Assembly: GCA_036172245.1 (NCBI GenBank)
Contig: JAYWIR010000068.1
Coordinates: 248,001-312,000, forward strand
Direction of reading: 5' to 3'
DNA length: 64,000 nt
From: Raillietiella orientalis
Lineage: Eukaryota
This document shows, one piece after another, positions 19,701-31,384 of this stretch. Each line of letters opens with the position of its first letter. The stretch's first letter is position 1. The translations under genes and the position numbers were made by a program. The notes beneath the pieces were generated by a model, which did no database searches, was not told the DNA's origin, and saw only the letters and a program-made list of their open reading frames with translations.

Positions 19701-21539
19701 AGGTACCCCTTTCCCTTTCCTCCAAGTGAGCGCAACGGCGAGCCTGCTGCCAGCAGCGCCGCCATCACACGGTTTAAATGGGCGCCTCTCATCGCTCGGC
19801 AGGATTTCGCCGAAAGGTCAGGCGCCAGCAGGTCGAATGCCACGTCTCGTGTGACTGTCTCGGGATGTGCAAGTGCTGCGTTCTGTTCGGTCCAGAATCC
19901 GCCGAGCTTGCACCCATTTCCTTCCGCACGGTGACGGCCTTCGGTCACTTCCAGCACGGAAAGCGTCGGTGAAGATCCGCGCGAAAATCTTTGCTCTTCC
20001 ACACTGAATCTCGTCGGAATCGATCCCGAGGGCAGCTCAGGAAGCGCGGAGGCAGTCGCAAGCGTGCCCGGAAACCCACATGGTCCACCTGCTTGCCGCA
20101 GGACCTGCCGTTCGGCTGTCGGGCTGCGGTTCCTCTTGCTTTTCAGGGCCCGCGCGCGGCAGGAACAGGGGACGCGCAGGCGCGCACCCGTATCCTGAAC
20201 CCCCTTTCCCGGTCGCTGCGACGACCGCGGGGGGGCTTCCCGCGGATAGACCGGGCCGCACCGTCCCCGGGCCCCCCTGGCCGAAGGAATCCACGTCTGT
20301 CCGTCCGCTCTTCCCCCGGTCCGCGTGGATGGAGTGTTCTTTCCCTTCGCGCCTGTCCGCGAATCGCCGCGCACACACGCTGGCGGCTTCCCCGCCGGCC
20401 AACACTTCCGAGAGATCGCCTCGTTCCAGTGAACGCGATGCGGAAAGAGTTCGAGGACTTCCGGAAGGAGAAGCAGCAGGAGCTGGACTCGGTCCTGGAG
20501 AGGGAGTCGCGCAAGAGCAAGGAGAGGGACGACGCGGTGGCGAGCATGCGGGAGCGGGTAAGCGCGCGCCTGCGCACCTCTGCGGGCGAGTCCGGGCGCT
20601 CGCCCCTGCGGATGGCCGGCCCCGCCCGCCGGCGCTGACCTCTCTTGCTTTTCAAGTTCGAGGAGCAGCTGGCGCAGGCCAGGAGCGTGCAGCGCACCCA
20701 CCCGACGACGCCGGACAACCTCGACCTCCTGGGGTTGAACGACATCTTCGTGAAGGTGAGCCAGCCGGTCCCTGAGGCTCTTCCGCTCTGCGAAGGAAGG
20801 GAAGGGACTTCCCCTGCTCCTCCCGGACGCTTCTGCTGTGGTCCCGTCCGGAAGGAAGAAGGGCAGATGTTCCGAGGAAGCGTCAGAGGCGGCAGATGCG
20901 CGAAGCTTCCCTCGCCGTAGCGCTCGTTCCAGGCCGGACGGCTGCCGCAGGCCGTATCGAGGGGGCTGGATGCTGCAGGAGAAGGAGCCGAGGCTCGGCG
21001 AGGGACGCTTCCTCCGGCGAGCCAGGTGCCCTCTTCGGGGACCTCTGCGTGGGCGGAACACCAGGGGTTGGTGGGATCGCGTTTGCCAGCCCCCTTTCGC
21101 TCTGTCCAGGTGCCTGCCCGTTTCCAATCCAGGGCGGGGCGGGTGTCGTCGTGGGAGGGTGCCGCGCAGGAGCATGCCGCCTGATCTTAGTGGGCTTTTC
21201 CAGAAGCTGCAGAGTGTCAGCAGCCTGTACGAGGAGAAGATCAGGCGCCTGGAGGACGTCATCGACAGGATGAGCCGTGATGTCCCGGGAGCGCTCGCGG
21301 AAAGCCCTCGCGAGGACAGCGGGCGACAGCAGCGCCGTCGTCTCGGAACCGACAGCGACCCGCCAGACCGGCCCGCGAGGAACGTCAAGACGGTCCGCAG
21401 CGAGACCAGCAGCGGCCAGGTGCCTCCCTCCCTCCGGGGCGCGGGGGCGCCGACGACCCGCGCACCCCCGCCCAGGAAGAGGAAGCTCTTCAACGTCACG
21501 TACCAGCCGTCGCTCATCGATCCGACGCAGGACGCGTGA
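16795..21539 (+). CDS. Coiled-coil protein, CCDC152-like (~324 aa)
   Basis: Seven phase-consistent exons: 16795-16863, 18880-19054, 19476-19540, 19600-19702, 20430-20557, 20657-20755, 21204-21539. Heptad-rich. Segments LLSLTDDFSSWKE, LIVQLQESVHSLAHLSEENRNL, ERFEEQLAQARS, DIFVKKLQ..YEEKIRRLEDVI and a basic RKRKLF motif near the C-terminus resemble vertebrate CCDC152 as remembered. AATAAA at 21930-21935. Confidence 0.8.
17050..17880. repeat. TA-rich low-complexity, degenerate (TA)n region in intron 1 of the CCDC152-like gene
   Basis: About 800 nt dominated by tatata/atatat/tatgta motifs, with an abrupt GC-rich boundary at about 17880. Confidence 0.85.
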
Positions 21540-24500
21540 AGGAGCGCGGGGAGGTGGGTCGCCCTGCCCCGACCCGTTCTTCGGGAGCAGCCCGGACCTG
21601 ATCCAGACCTCCGTTCCCTTTTCCAGGGGAAGCGGCGCCATGCCCGGTCCGGCGAACACCCCAGCCCTGAACCGGAAGACCGCGCGAACAGATAGACGGA
21701 CCTGCCGAAGGAATGGCCGGAGGAGGCGAAGCGAAGCGCGCTGCGAGGAGCCGCAGCAGCAGTGCTAGGGGAACTCGCTGCCCACCCTCGAGGAGGAGGG
21801 CGGAGGCTGCTCGGAGCCAGAGGTGCACGCCCTCGAGCGGGACGCAGGAGGAAGAGCGCGGGGACCCGGGGCCGAACGCGGAGGAGGATCAAGACGCGGC
21901 GGCCTTTCTGCCCGCTCTTCGCTGATGTTAATAAAATGTGGAGGCGGCGGCGGCGGCACGGCTTGCCGAGGGGTGGGCGGGCCTGATGCTCCTTCCAGCG
22001 GCCTCCGGGGAGAGGTAGCCCCGCGGGAGGACCCAAGAGTGGCACCTTACTTCTTCACTCTGCCGCTCCCCCGACCCACCCACCAAGGCGCAGGAGTCAC
22101 CGCCGAGGACGCCGCCTCTTCCATCGCCTTCCGTGCCCCCCCCCTCCCCCTCGTCTTTCCGGGACAACGGTGGTGCAAGGATGACTGGGAAGAAGGGAAA
22201 GGGAGAGGGAAGGAGCCGAAGGAGAAGAATCCGAGGCGAGGCGCCCCATCGGGAGAGCGCTCCAGCTTCCCGGAAGCTGGACCAGTCGGTCCGGAGCTGC
22301 GGCAGGCAGGCAGGCGTGCTGGAGGGGCAACGGGAGGAAGTCACCTGCAAAATGGCTGTCACCGCGATATGTAGTTCATCTTGCTGATGCCGCCGCTACT
22401 CCTCCCACTAGGTCTGCTGCTGCTGTCTCCACCACTACGGTTCAGGAGCGTCGGTGCGGGAGGGAACCCAGCAAAGAGAGGGAACCATCGCTCGCTGCCA
22501 GCAGGCAGCATCCGGGAGGGTTATGTGTCCCCCCCCCCCTTCGGTTGTTTTCCTGTCCCACCCCTCCCTCCGCGCGCGCGCGCTCCCACCAGAAGGCGTG
22601 CGAGGGATCTCTTTGCGACGGATGCCTCCCTTCGCCCCGAGGACAGGAGTCATGCCGACCTCTCCCTGTCCCGTTTCTTCGCCCGCTCGTGGCCGGACGC
22701 TGCCCTCCTTCCTTTTCTGGAGGACTCCAACCCCCACAGAAGGGCTAGGAATTGCCACCCGTGCCCTGGGTGCTCTCCCTTCGCCCCCCTGGGCGTGCAC
22801 TCCGAAGTCATTTCCGGTCGCAGGTGCCTGCGAGGGACGGGGGGAGGGAGCCCACACCACTGCTGTACTGGAGCCGGATCTCTATCGCTCTTGCCGGCTC
22901 CTCCCACGAGCCGTATCTCCGGAGGAACGCGCGACCGCTGGACTTTTCCATCGCCTCCATTCTTTCCGCAGTGCCATCCCTCGTCGCCGCGCGTTGCCGG
23001 GCAGCGGCCTCACGAGCTGCGCTGTCCTCGGAAGAACGGGCGTCTTCCGTGCTTCCAGTGCAAGCCAAGGGGCGCGAAGGAAGAATCTGAGGTTCTCACG
23101 CAGGCACACCAGGAGTCCCGCAGCGCCCTTTGCGATTGGGTCGGGGCGCACATAATCGAGGGGACTTCGAGCTGCCACGGGGATGCGCTCTCCAGCCGAT
23201 GCTCGGGATCCAAGCTGCTGCACCGACTCGGCAGCCTTTTGCTGACCTTGTCAGCTTTCTGGATCTCGCATGACTTCCGCAGCGCCAGTCTCCCCGAAAG
23301 GATTTCCCCCTTCGAATTTCTCTCTTGGGGAGGCCATCGGGGAAGCATGCGCTGGCACGACTTTCTTTTGCAGTAACTCCAGATTATTACATCTGCAGCG
23401 GCCCTCCCGAGTTTGATGGCGCGCTTCGAATCATGGGAGGCGCAGCCGGCATTCTCAGGCGCATCGGTCCCATGGGAAGGAAGGCTTCTTTCCTACAATC
23501 ACGAAAGAATTTCGGGGAAACCTGATGGAATCTGGCCATTGTGCAAGCTACGCGCTCTTGGCGGAAAATGAGTGAGAACCGATCTTCTTTGGAAGGTCCT
23601 TCCGAAGGATCTTTCTTCTATTTGTTTGTTCGTTTTTCTTCTTTGTCATGAACTGAAAATTAGGAGGTTGCCTTCCTGCAACGTTCTTCTCGTGTCAGCT
23701 ACCTCTGGCTGTATGGTTTCTGTACGGCAGCTGGCTTCGGTACACGTGCGTGTACGGTTACGGTCAAGACCGCATCCGGTTTCTCGGATCATGGAAAGTT
23801 CACGAAGGAGGACTGCAAAAGAACGCATTGTCTTTCACGCAGCTAAAAAGGGTGTTGCGGTGTTCATTCATGCTGAGCGAGCGAGCGACCGTCTGGAGCA
23901 CTGCATCGAACGGAAAATTCCTCATTGAAAATGCACCCTCCCATCAGCTAGGCGCCTGCGCGAGCTGCAAGCTGTGCCCTCTGGGAACGAGGCACTCTGT
24001 TGCATTCCCTGAAATCATTCTTCCTCTTGCGGTCCTTGACGTGTGACCGTTCAGCATCCTCGAATGAAATGGCAGGTTTCTGACAGATGGGATGCTTTTC
24101 CAACTGAAGAATGGTTCGTGTGATCAGTTCATTCCTCGTTCGTGATGCAAACAAAAACTGAGCGTTTCAGAGTTGCAGTCGTGGAACTCTCGCATACATT
24201 TCGCATTTCCTTATTTTACCTTGAGACACTTACAAAACATTCCGCAGGCGTTCGCGGGACATCTGCAGTTCCTGAGACGCAGCACCATGTGGAGCTGCAC
24301 TGGAAAGTTCACCTGATCAGTTCTAATTATGCATCGAATGAATAAACGAAGCTCTACTGTTTAAGAAATCTTCTCGATCTTATCAGGAGCTGGCGCGTGA
24401 GTGCCACCCCTTGATGCCCGAGTTTGTGTACTCTTTTCACCCAGAAGCATCGTTCCATTTCCGCTCTAAGACTCTCCCGGTTCTTCACTGGTTTTCGTAT

Positions 24501-25422
24501 CTCCATCTTCTGCGTCTTTGTCTCACCTTCCTCCCTCGGAGTTTATCATCGTTCATTGAAGATACTTTGTTTCCGGTGTTATGCAAAGTTTCTTGTTGGC
24601 GCGTGTTTACGGCTGTGCGCCTACACCACACAAAGTCACACACACCAAGGTCTGCGGACGCTCCCATTTAAGAGCTTCCTCCTTGCGGGGAGAGAGCCCA
24701 CAGGTTGTTCGGAAACCATCTTGCGCGTATGTGTATACACGTACATGTGTGTGTGTGTGTGTGTTGCAGGTGTCACTCGTTCTTTGAAAATCTGATGCCT
24801 TGAAGTATTGCTTCCAGGTTCGTTTCGACGGTGAGAAGTCGGGGTTCAACCAACTCATCCCCTCTTCGGGCCCATTTGTCCAACCTCATTGTTCGCTAAA
24901 TTCTCCAAACCGGGTCTCGAGGACGCCAGGAGCAATTAAGGTGTTTTTCCTTCCTTCCCTTTTGTTTTTGTGGGCGACTCGCTTGGCAACCTGTTGATTG
25001 GTATCAACGACATCCCTCCCGCTTTCTTCTGTGAAGGAGTGTCTCCCCAGTGTTCCTCCGGGAAGAGGAACAGGAAAGGAACCGCCTCTCAGGTGACTTT
25101 CGCAGGGCAGTTTTTCCGAAGGGGAGCTCGAGCCGTTTTGGCTCTGGTTACTGGCATCGGAGCTTCCCTTCCTGGTCTAATCGAACTTGCGTAATCCCGG
25201 TGGAGTACGTCCCGGTGCGATCTCCGCACCTGTTGCGCTTACCCGCACAGCTCCCAGTGAATCATCCAGGGATCCCACGAAAGTCAGCCCCGCTAATGAG
25301 GGCTTCCGAAACAGACTGCTCGCTGCAGTGTTGCTAACAATGGCGGTGAGGTCGCCTTTGTCGGAGGCGTGCACTGAAACTGTGTTCGTGTTGTGGCAGT
25401 TCGACAACAGACGCGAGTGACG

Positions 25423-27327
25423 ATGACGGTGGTCAACCCCCAGCTCAAGTGCCTCAAATGTGAGTGCCTTCCTTTCGTTCTTTTCGGGTTGCAGCCAGCT
25501 GCTGCTTCCCGCGGAGGGCGTCTTCCGTGCAACGCATCCACACGGAAGTAAATTCTGTTTCAGCTTACATTGTAAGCATTTTGCACGAATCCAAAGCAAA
25601 CCAGGTGACCGACGCGCATCCGCTGCTTTTACCACTCTGTCAGTCGCTGGAATTGATCGTCACCTCGGGCCTCAAGCAGTCGAACACGAGCATCATGTAC
25701 GTCGTCACCGATCGAAAACAGACCTTCCTTTCTGTGCTGCAGAAAGTGAACGAGAAGCGGCTTTTCTGCAGGTTGGTTGGTTTGCATTGGAGGTTTGCAG
25801 GGACAGGGGTGAGGCCACAGGAAAAGATGGTATGGGGCAACCTGTATTTCAGAGAGCTCGGGAAAAAATTTGAAGCTGCTATGACTTTTGTGAACCAGTG
25901 CAAGAAAGTTTTCACAAGTGTCGGAAAGGAAAGGCTCCTCATCCGCTACATGCTGCATCACAATATGCTGTCTGGCACAATTGAGTCCCTGGTAAATGCT
26001 GGTCACCAAAATAAATGTCATCGGCCGCTTTTTTCTCCCCAGAATGCTAGCCATCGTCACATTCAAAATTACATGTCTCAGTCAATTATGGGCAATGAAG
26101 TCCTCAATGAGATGTTTGTGTCTCTTTTGAGAGCGCTCACGCATGTGAAGTTCCAGCTGGACCTGAACAATGCAGGCTTCCTTGACTATAGTTGGCAGTT
26201 GCCAGAAAGGAAAACGTTTGAATTTGTTCCTTGTTCCCGTTTGGGAGTTCTGCTCAGGTAAACAAGGAAAGAGCTTTCTCCAGGTTCCTTTGCATGGGAT
26301 TGATTGCAGATTTGCAGAGGGCAGAGCACTGGTTCTGGAAGTGGAATCTGGCAGCATTGCAGCTGAAGATGTTTGTATTTTAGAATAGGATTGCATTGAT
26401 CACTGCTTGTAGGATAAGATCCAAGCTGGAGATGTGATTGATGAGATGTCTGGAGAAGCTGTGTATGGCTGGACACAGGAGCGAATGATTGCTGCTCTCA
26501 AAAAGCACAGCAGTAAACCCCTCCATGTAGCTGTGCTGAAGGTTAGCAGGATTCAGGACAGTTAGTCCTGATGAGAAACATAGGGACAGTCTCCTCAGGG
26601 ATATTTGTTTCCTCCCATTGTCAGCATGCTGAATGGTGCCAAAGAAGATCTGAATTTGATTAGTCGCCAGCTGCTCGGGTATCAGCTGAAGTATGTTCTT
26701 TCTCTGAACATGCACCTCACTGCTGCTCAGGTCACAGGCAGATTTAGTGTACCTAGGTCCTGTTCCCTGTGGAAGTAATGGAGATGCAAGCATTTTGGAG
26801 CATGCCATCCGCAGAATGATCTGCAAGCCACAGTTGAAAGTGCCGGCTGAACTCATATTCAGGGAGACAGGCATTGTTGTGAGGCAGGAGAATGATCACA
26901 CAGTAAGGCAGGAAAGGAAAATTGGGAATGCAAGTGGTGCAATTGGGTCTCCTAGCTGATTATCAAGTGCACGTATCCTGAGATTTCTGCCTGCGGGCGA
27001 CTCTTGGATTCACCAACTGTGTTTGCTTTCCTTGCCAGGTATGCACTGTATGTTGGAAAGTGAAAGCGAATCTTGAGTGAATTATTGGTTATTCCCCAGA
27101 GAGACATTGTCCAATAACAGCTCCAGAGATTTCTTCTGCCACGTCTTCCAGTCCCAGGACTCTTCTCAGGTAAGAGCTGTGCCTCTGTCTGTGTCGGTAA
27201 TCTTTGGCTTATGCCCAGGCCCATGAACATCTGATGGCTTTGGGTAAGTGTGGCCAAACCGTGTTGTGTACCTTGTCTTCTTGTCCGGTTAGTGGATGGA
27301 TTTCAAAGAACCCACTGGACGGTTTGA
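25423..27327 (+). CDS. RUN-PDZ-PTB domain protein (~426 aa)
   Basis: Twelve phase-consistent exons: 25423-25459, 25564-25771, 25853-25991, 26043-26257, 26310-26370, 26413-26541, 26584-26690, 26731-26902, 26956-27038, 27100-27169, 27219-27243, 27293-27327. RUN-like motifs LCQSLELIVTSGLK, GKERLLIRYML and LLRALTHVKFQL. PDZ-like LGVLL..VLEVESGSIAAEDDKIQAGDVIDEM. PTB-like YLGPVP..YPEISACG..FAFLA..FFCHVF. AATAAA at 27411-27416. Confidence 0.85.
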
Positions 27328-28377
27328 AAAGCATGCAACCCCCCTTGATGGCGGTGAATACACATCTACTTGCAACAGTCTTTCTGATGGTGATGCGCGC
27401 ATGATTAAGAAATAAATCCAAACTGCTGGCACTGCAAATTGTTTCTCCTTGACAGTCCTTATAGGTGCTCCCTGCGTAGCAGCTGGCAAGGAGGGAAAGG
27501 GAACCGTGTTCTCCCTGAGGCGAACTAGTCGGAGTCTCGATGATCCCCGTACACGGAATGTTTTCTCGACGGTGGAACAAACTCGACCGGCGGCTGCTTT
27601 TCAGCCATCCTGCGGGAGCAACGCAGATGTGCAAGTTCCAGTTATGTCGCGTGCCCTTTTTTTTTTCTCTTGCCGTTGCTTTCGTTTCGAGGAACAACTT
27701 GCAAAAATCATGAGGGAAATGGCAATATTACTCACAAGGTGGTTAGTGGGAGGCTGTAGCCTCGTCGGCGAGCAACGGGCACGCCCGCTCGAAGCCGCCG
27801 AGCGTGGGCACGGAATGCCCGCACGCTCTTTGCGCCCTCCCTCGCCGCGGAAGGAGGTGCGCGCGGATCGTTCCCCTTGTCGGCTTTCCGAGGTGGTCGT
27901 TGGAGGTGGGCGGGAAGACGCTGTTCTGCGTGTCTGCCACCTGCACGTTTGGCGACCCCGTATTCCGACGACGCGTTGGCGCGCTCTTCTTCGGACTCCC
28001 GCGACGCCTGGCGCCCGCCCGAGCCGACGCGACGGCGCATTGTTGAGAAAAAATTCCAATTCGCGGAGCGGCGCGCTCGATTCCGTGCCTCTGCGCGCGC
28101 CACGAGCACCAGCAGTGCGTTTCCGGCAAACAGCCCGGCGGTGGCGACCCCGTGAGAAAAAGGGTTCCTGCAGCTGCTGCCCCCGCGCTGCCGGGGGGAA
28201 ATCCGCTGCGCTTCTTTCGCCGTCGGCGGCGGGCAGCCATCGTGCGGTTCACCTCCCACGTGCCCGGGTCATGCGCCCGAGGATCCCGAGCGTGGGCCAC
28301 ACTCCGACGCCATCTCGCCGCCGCAGGACTGAAGCGGGATCCCTCCCCTTCCCTTCCCCCACCCCTCCCTCCTCTCC

Positions 28378-30039
28378 ATGTCCGAAGGGGACAAATTCGT
28401 TTCCGATCTGGTCCACTCCGTCATCGCGTGGAGCGACGAGGACTCGAATGCGAGCGACGGGGAGTCCTCCCTGCCGGTGACGCAGGGGTGCCGGAGGAGG
28501 AGCGGCAAGGACGACCCGTGCGCCGGCAGGACTCCGACGGAAGATCACCGGGCGGCCTGGTCCGTTGCCACCGCCAGCGGCGATCCGTTCCGGGAGAGGA
28601 GCGGCGGCAGATTCCGTGGCGCGAAGGAATTCAAGCCGAAGGTGCTGCCTCTCGCGGATGCGCCGCGGATCAACTTCGAGCCCATGTCCAGGTGCCCGTC
28701 CGTGGCGCCACCGCGCACCGACGGAGAGGAGACACCCCGCCAGCAGGTCCGGGCGCGGGCGAGGCTGCTGGAAATCCGGCGGAGCGGCAGCTGCGCGCCG
28801 AACCCCGGGCCGCCGCCTCCCGCCGGGAACGCGGAGTCTAGGCGGCCCCACAGCGCAAATGGGAGCGACGGCTGCGGCACCTGCGCCTCGGAGACAGCGG
28901 CGCCGTCCTCGTCGGGCACCCCGGCGTCGTCGGCCGGTGAGCTGCAGCGACGCCGCTCCTTCCGCCTGCCCAGCTGCCTGACCATCCCGTGCCTGCGGGT
29001 CACGTGCGGCAAGATTGTGGCCAAGCAGGTCGTGGCCGCCGGAGGAGGGGGCGACCCCCAGCCCGCAAGGGACGTGTCGTGCACGTGCTCCGTGCGCGGA
29101 AGCGGCCTGCTGTGCGCCTGTTCCGCCCTGCGGAGGGCCAGGGAACTCGCCCTGCGGAGCGCGTCCTCCCCCGCGTGCCTGCCGTGGTCGCTCCTCGTTC
29201 TTCTGCTGCTGCTGCTGGGCAGCGGCGCCGCCCTCGCCTACTGGAGCTTCCTGTGCCGGCGCCTGCAAGCGCCGCCACCCTCGACCCCGGCTCCTATCCA
29301 GGCCCCCCCCTCGAAACTGAGCGGCAGGCGCCCGAATGCGTCGTTCGCCGAGGTCAACAAGACGCTCCCGAGCCAGACCGCCGTCGGTGCTCCCCCTCCC
29401 CGCAGGAGGGCGGTGCCCGCGAGCAAGGAGCTGCTGGTTGCCCTGCGTGATCTCTCCCGGCGGTACCCGGCTCAGGACGCCCTCTTCTGGAAGACGCTGC
29501 TGGAGGTGCTAACGCCAGTGGTGCGGCGCGCGGACGCGCCCCGGGCGCTGCTGGTGGCCGTGGCAGCGCCCGGTGGCGAAACGAGCGCCCTCTGCCTGCT
29601 GGCGGCCGTAATGAAACGGCTGTTGCCGCTGGTGAGCGGCGAGGACTTCGGGGTCGCCATGCCTGTCCACGTGCTCGACCTGGCGGAGTACCGCAGGCCG
29701 GGCGAGCTGCGCGAGGACGCCGCAGGCGTCCTCCGCGACCACGGGGCGCTGCTGATGCTGCATGACGACGCCGACGCCATCCCGGTCGACAGCCTCCGCT
29801 TCCTGGTCGCCTTCGCGCGCTTCCCCGGCGGCGACGAATGGCGCAGGAAGGTCGCCTTCCTACTGTGGATCTCCGACGCCCGTGACGCCGAGGAGTTGCG
29901 AGCAGCCATGCGTGCCTCCTGGAGGCGCGTCCTCAGCGCCGAGGAGCTAAGACGGTCGTCCGAGGAACTCGCAGGACGAGCAGTCTTTTTGCACGAGGAG
30001 CCGCCCGAGCGCCTGCGGACCCTCTGTTCCATCCGGTGA
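28378..30039 (+). CDS. Torsin-1A-interacting protein (LAP1/LULL1)-like single-pass membrane protein, 553 aa, intronless
   Basis: Disordered N-terminus, then a hydrophobic helix WSLLVLLLLLLGSGAALAYWSFL. The C-terminal domain has YPAQDALFWK (cf. FPGQS.FLW), ALCL, ADAIPVDSLRFL (cf. FESFPAGSTLIF), RKVAFLL (cf. KDVALVL) and a near-terminal Cys. AATAAA at 30090-30095. Confidence 0.7.
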   Translation: MSEGDKFVSDLVHSVIAWSDEDSNASDGESSLPVTQGCRRRSGKDDPCAGRTPTEDHRAAWSVATASGDPFRERSGGRFRGAKEFKPKVLPLADAPRINFEPMSRCPSVAPPRTDGEETPRQQVRARARLLEIRRSGSCAPNPGPPPPAGNAESRRPHSANGSDGCGTCASETAAPSSSGTPASSAGELQRRRSFRLPSCLTIPCLRVTCGKIVAKQVVAAGGGGDPQPARDVSCTCSVRGSGLLCACSALRRARELALRSASSPACLPWSLLVLLLLLLGSGAALAYWSFLCRRLQAPPPSTPAPIQAPPSKLSGRRPNASFAEVNKTLPSQTAVGAPPPRRRAVPASKELLVALRDLSRRYPAQDALFWKTLLEVLTPVVRRADAPRALLVAVAAPGGETSALCLLAAVMKRLLPLVSGEDFGVAMPVHVLDLAEYRRPGELREDAAGVLRDHGALLMLHDDADAIPVDSLRFLVAFARFPGGDEWRRKVAFLLWISDARDAEELRAAMRASWRRVLSAEELRRSSEELAGRAVFLHEEPPERLRTLCSIR

Positions 30040-30189
30040 TCCCTCCCCCCTGCCCCTCTCTCCCGGAAAGGAGATCACGCGCGAGCGACAATAAAGTCAC
30101 AACGCGGCTCCCAGCGGAGGACGCAGGTGCCAAAAGAGGCGCCCCCCGTCCCCAGAGGGAGGGAACCGGGGCCAAGGGCGGAACGGCTT

Positions 30190-31384
30190 TTAATGGGCGC
30201 TTCGGCAGGTCGTTCCGCCTTCCTCCTCACCCCCGTCAGGAGGGTAGCCACGAAGACGGGAGAGACGGAGCTCCGCCTGGCGGCGCTGCGCGCGGACCTC
30301 TGCCAGGCGCGCGGCTAGTGGCTCCCTCGGGACGCCCCCGGGGTAGGACGTTTCCGTTGACCCGGCGGAGGTCAGCCCGGCGAAGATCCTCCCGTCCTCC
30401 TGCAGGTGCCGCAGGGCTCCCCGGGCGACGTCGTTCCTGGCGCGCAGGGCCTCTCGGCGCCTCTCCCGCAGGCGTTCCTTGCCGGCGGTCTCCAAGGCGA
30501 CGGCGGCCCGCAGCTCCTCCAGCCGTGCGTGCTTCCCCCGCAGCTCCGCCTGGCCCGCGGCGGCAGCACAGGCCGCGCGGGCGTCGCGCCGCCGCAGGTC
30601 CTCCGCCTCCGCCCGATGGTCCAGCAACTGCGCCTCCAGGGAGCCGCGGCGGGACGCTAGCAGCCGGGTCTCCTCCTCCGCCGCCGCCGCCCGGCGTGAG
30701 GCCTCGCCCGCGGCCACCTCGCGGCGCTCGTGGAGGTCGCGCAGGCGAGCGACCCCGGCCAGCAGCCGCCGGTTGTCCTTCTGCAGCACTGCGTTCTCCC
30801 GCCGGCGGTTCTCGATGGCGGCAAGCAGGTGGCGCACTGCCTGCTCTGGAGTGGCTCCCTGCGGGTCCGTCTGGGCCAGGTCGCGCGTCTCCGGGACGAC
30901 CACGCTCTCCCGGAGCTTCGCCAGCTCCTCCCTCAGGTCACATGCCTCCAACATCTTCCGGTCCAGCGCCGCCCGCAGGTCTCCGCAGCCGCCGCTTGTG
31001 GCGTCCCCTTCTCCCGGAGTCGAAGCCTCGGGAAGACGCCGCCAGGGGGCAGCAGGTTTCGCCGCCTTAGCCGCGGCTGCTCCCCGCGTCCTCCGTGGCG
31101 GCGGAGCTGACGACCGCCTCCGCTGCTGCTGCTGCTGCTGCAAAGATGGTGTGTGGGTCTGTGTGAGGTACAGGGTGAAGGCCCGTCCCCCCTCGCTCTT
31201 TTCCTTCTCCAGCCCTCCCCCCTTCCGAGCCGGTGGCGCCGCGCGCGGCAGACCCTCGAAGTCGCTGCCGGCGCGCCCTTACCGCAGCGTCCACTGACTG
31301 TGACAGGTACCACCTGTCAAGCAGGAAGAAGAGGAGGAACGCCAGGACCAGCAAGGCCAGCATGGAGAAGAACAGCAGCAGCAT
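30190..31384 (-). CDS. Signal-anchor/TM plus long coiled-coil protein (~349 aa), function unknown
   Basis: Exon 1 (31283-31384) encodes MLLLFFSMLALLVLAFLLFFLLDRWYLSQSVDAA and ends G|GTAAGG. Exon 2 (30190-31137) follows a tttgcag acceptor in phase 0. Heptad-rich segments LRAALDRKMLEACDLREELAKLRE and AIENRRRENAVLQKDNRRL. ATTAAA overlaps the stop. Confidence 0.75.

Noticed and set aside
19625..22045. 806-aa minus-strand ORF
   Set aside because: It is an Arg/Pro/Gly-rich shadow frame antisense to the CCDC152-like exons, explained by stop-codon scarcity in GC-rich DNA.
28249..31297. Long overlapping ORFs (28249-29268 -, 30036-31070 +, 30479-31297 +)
   Set aside because: They are antisense shadows of the LAP1-like and coiled-coil genes, with no domain-like content.
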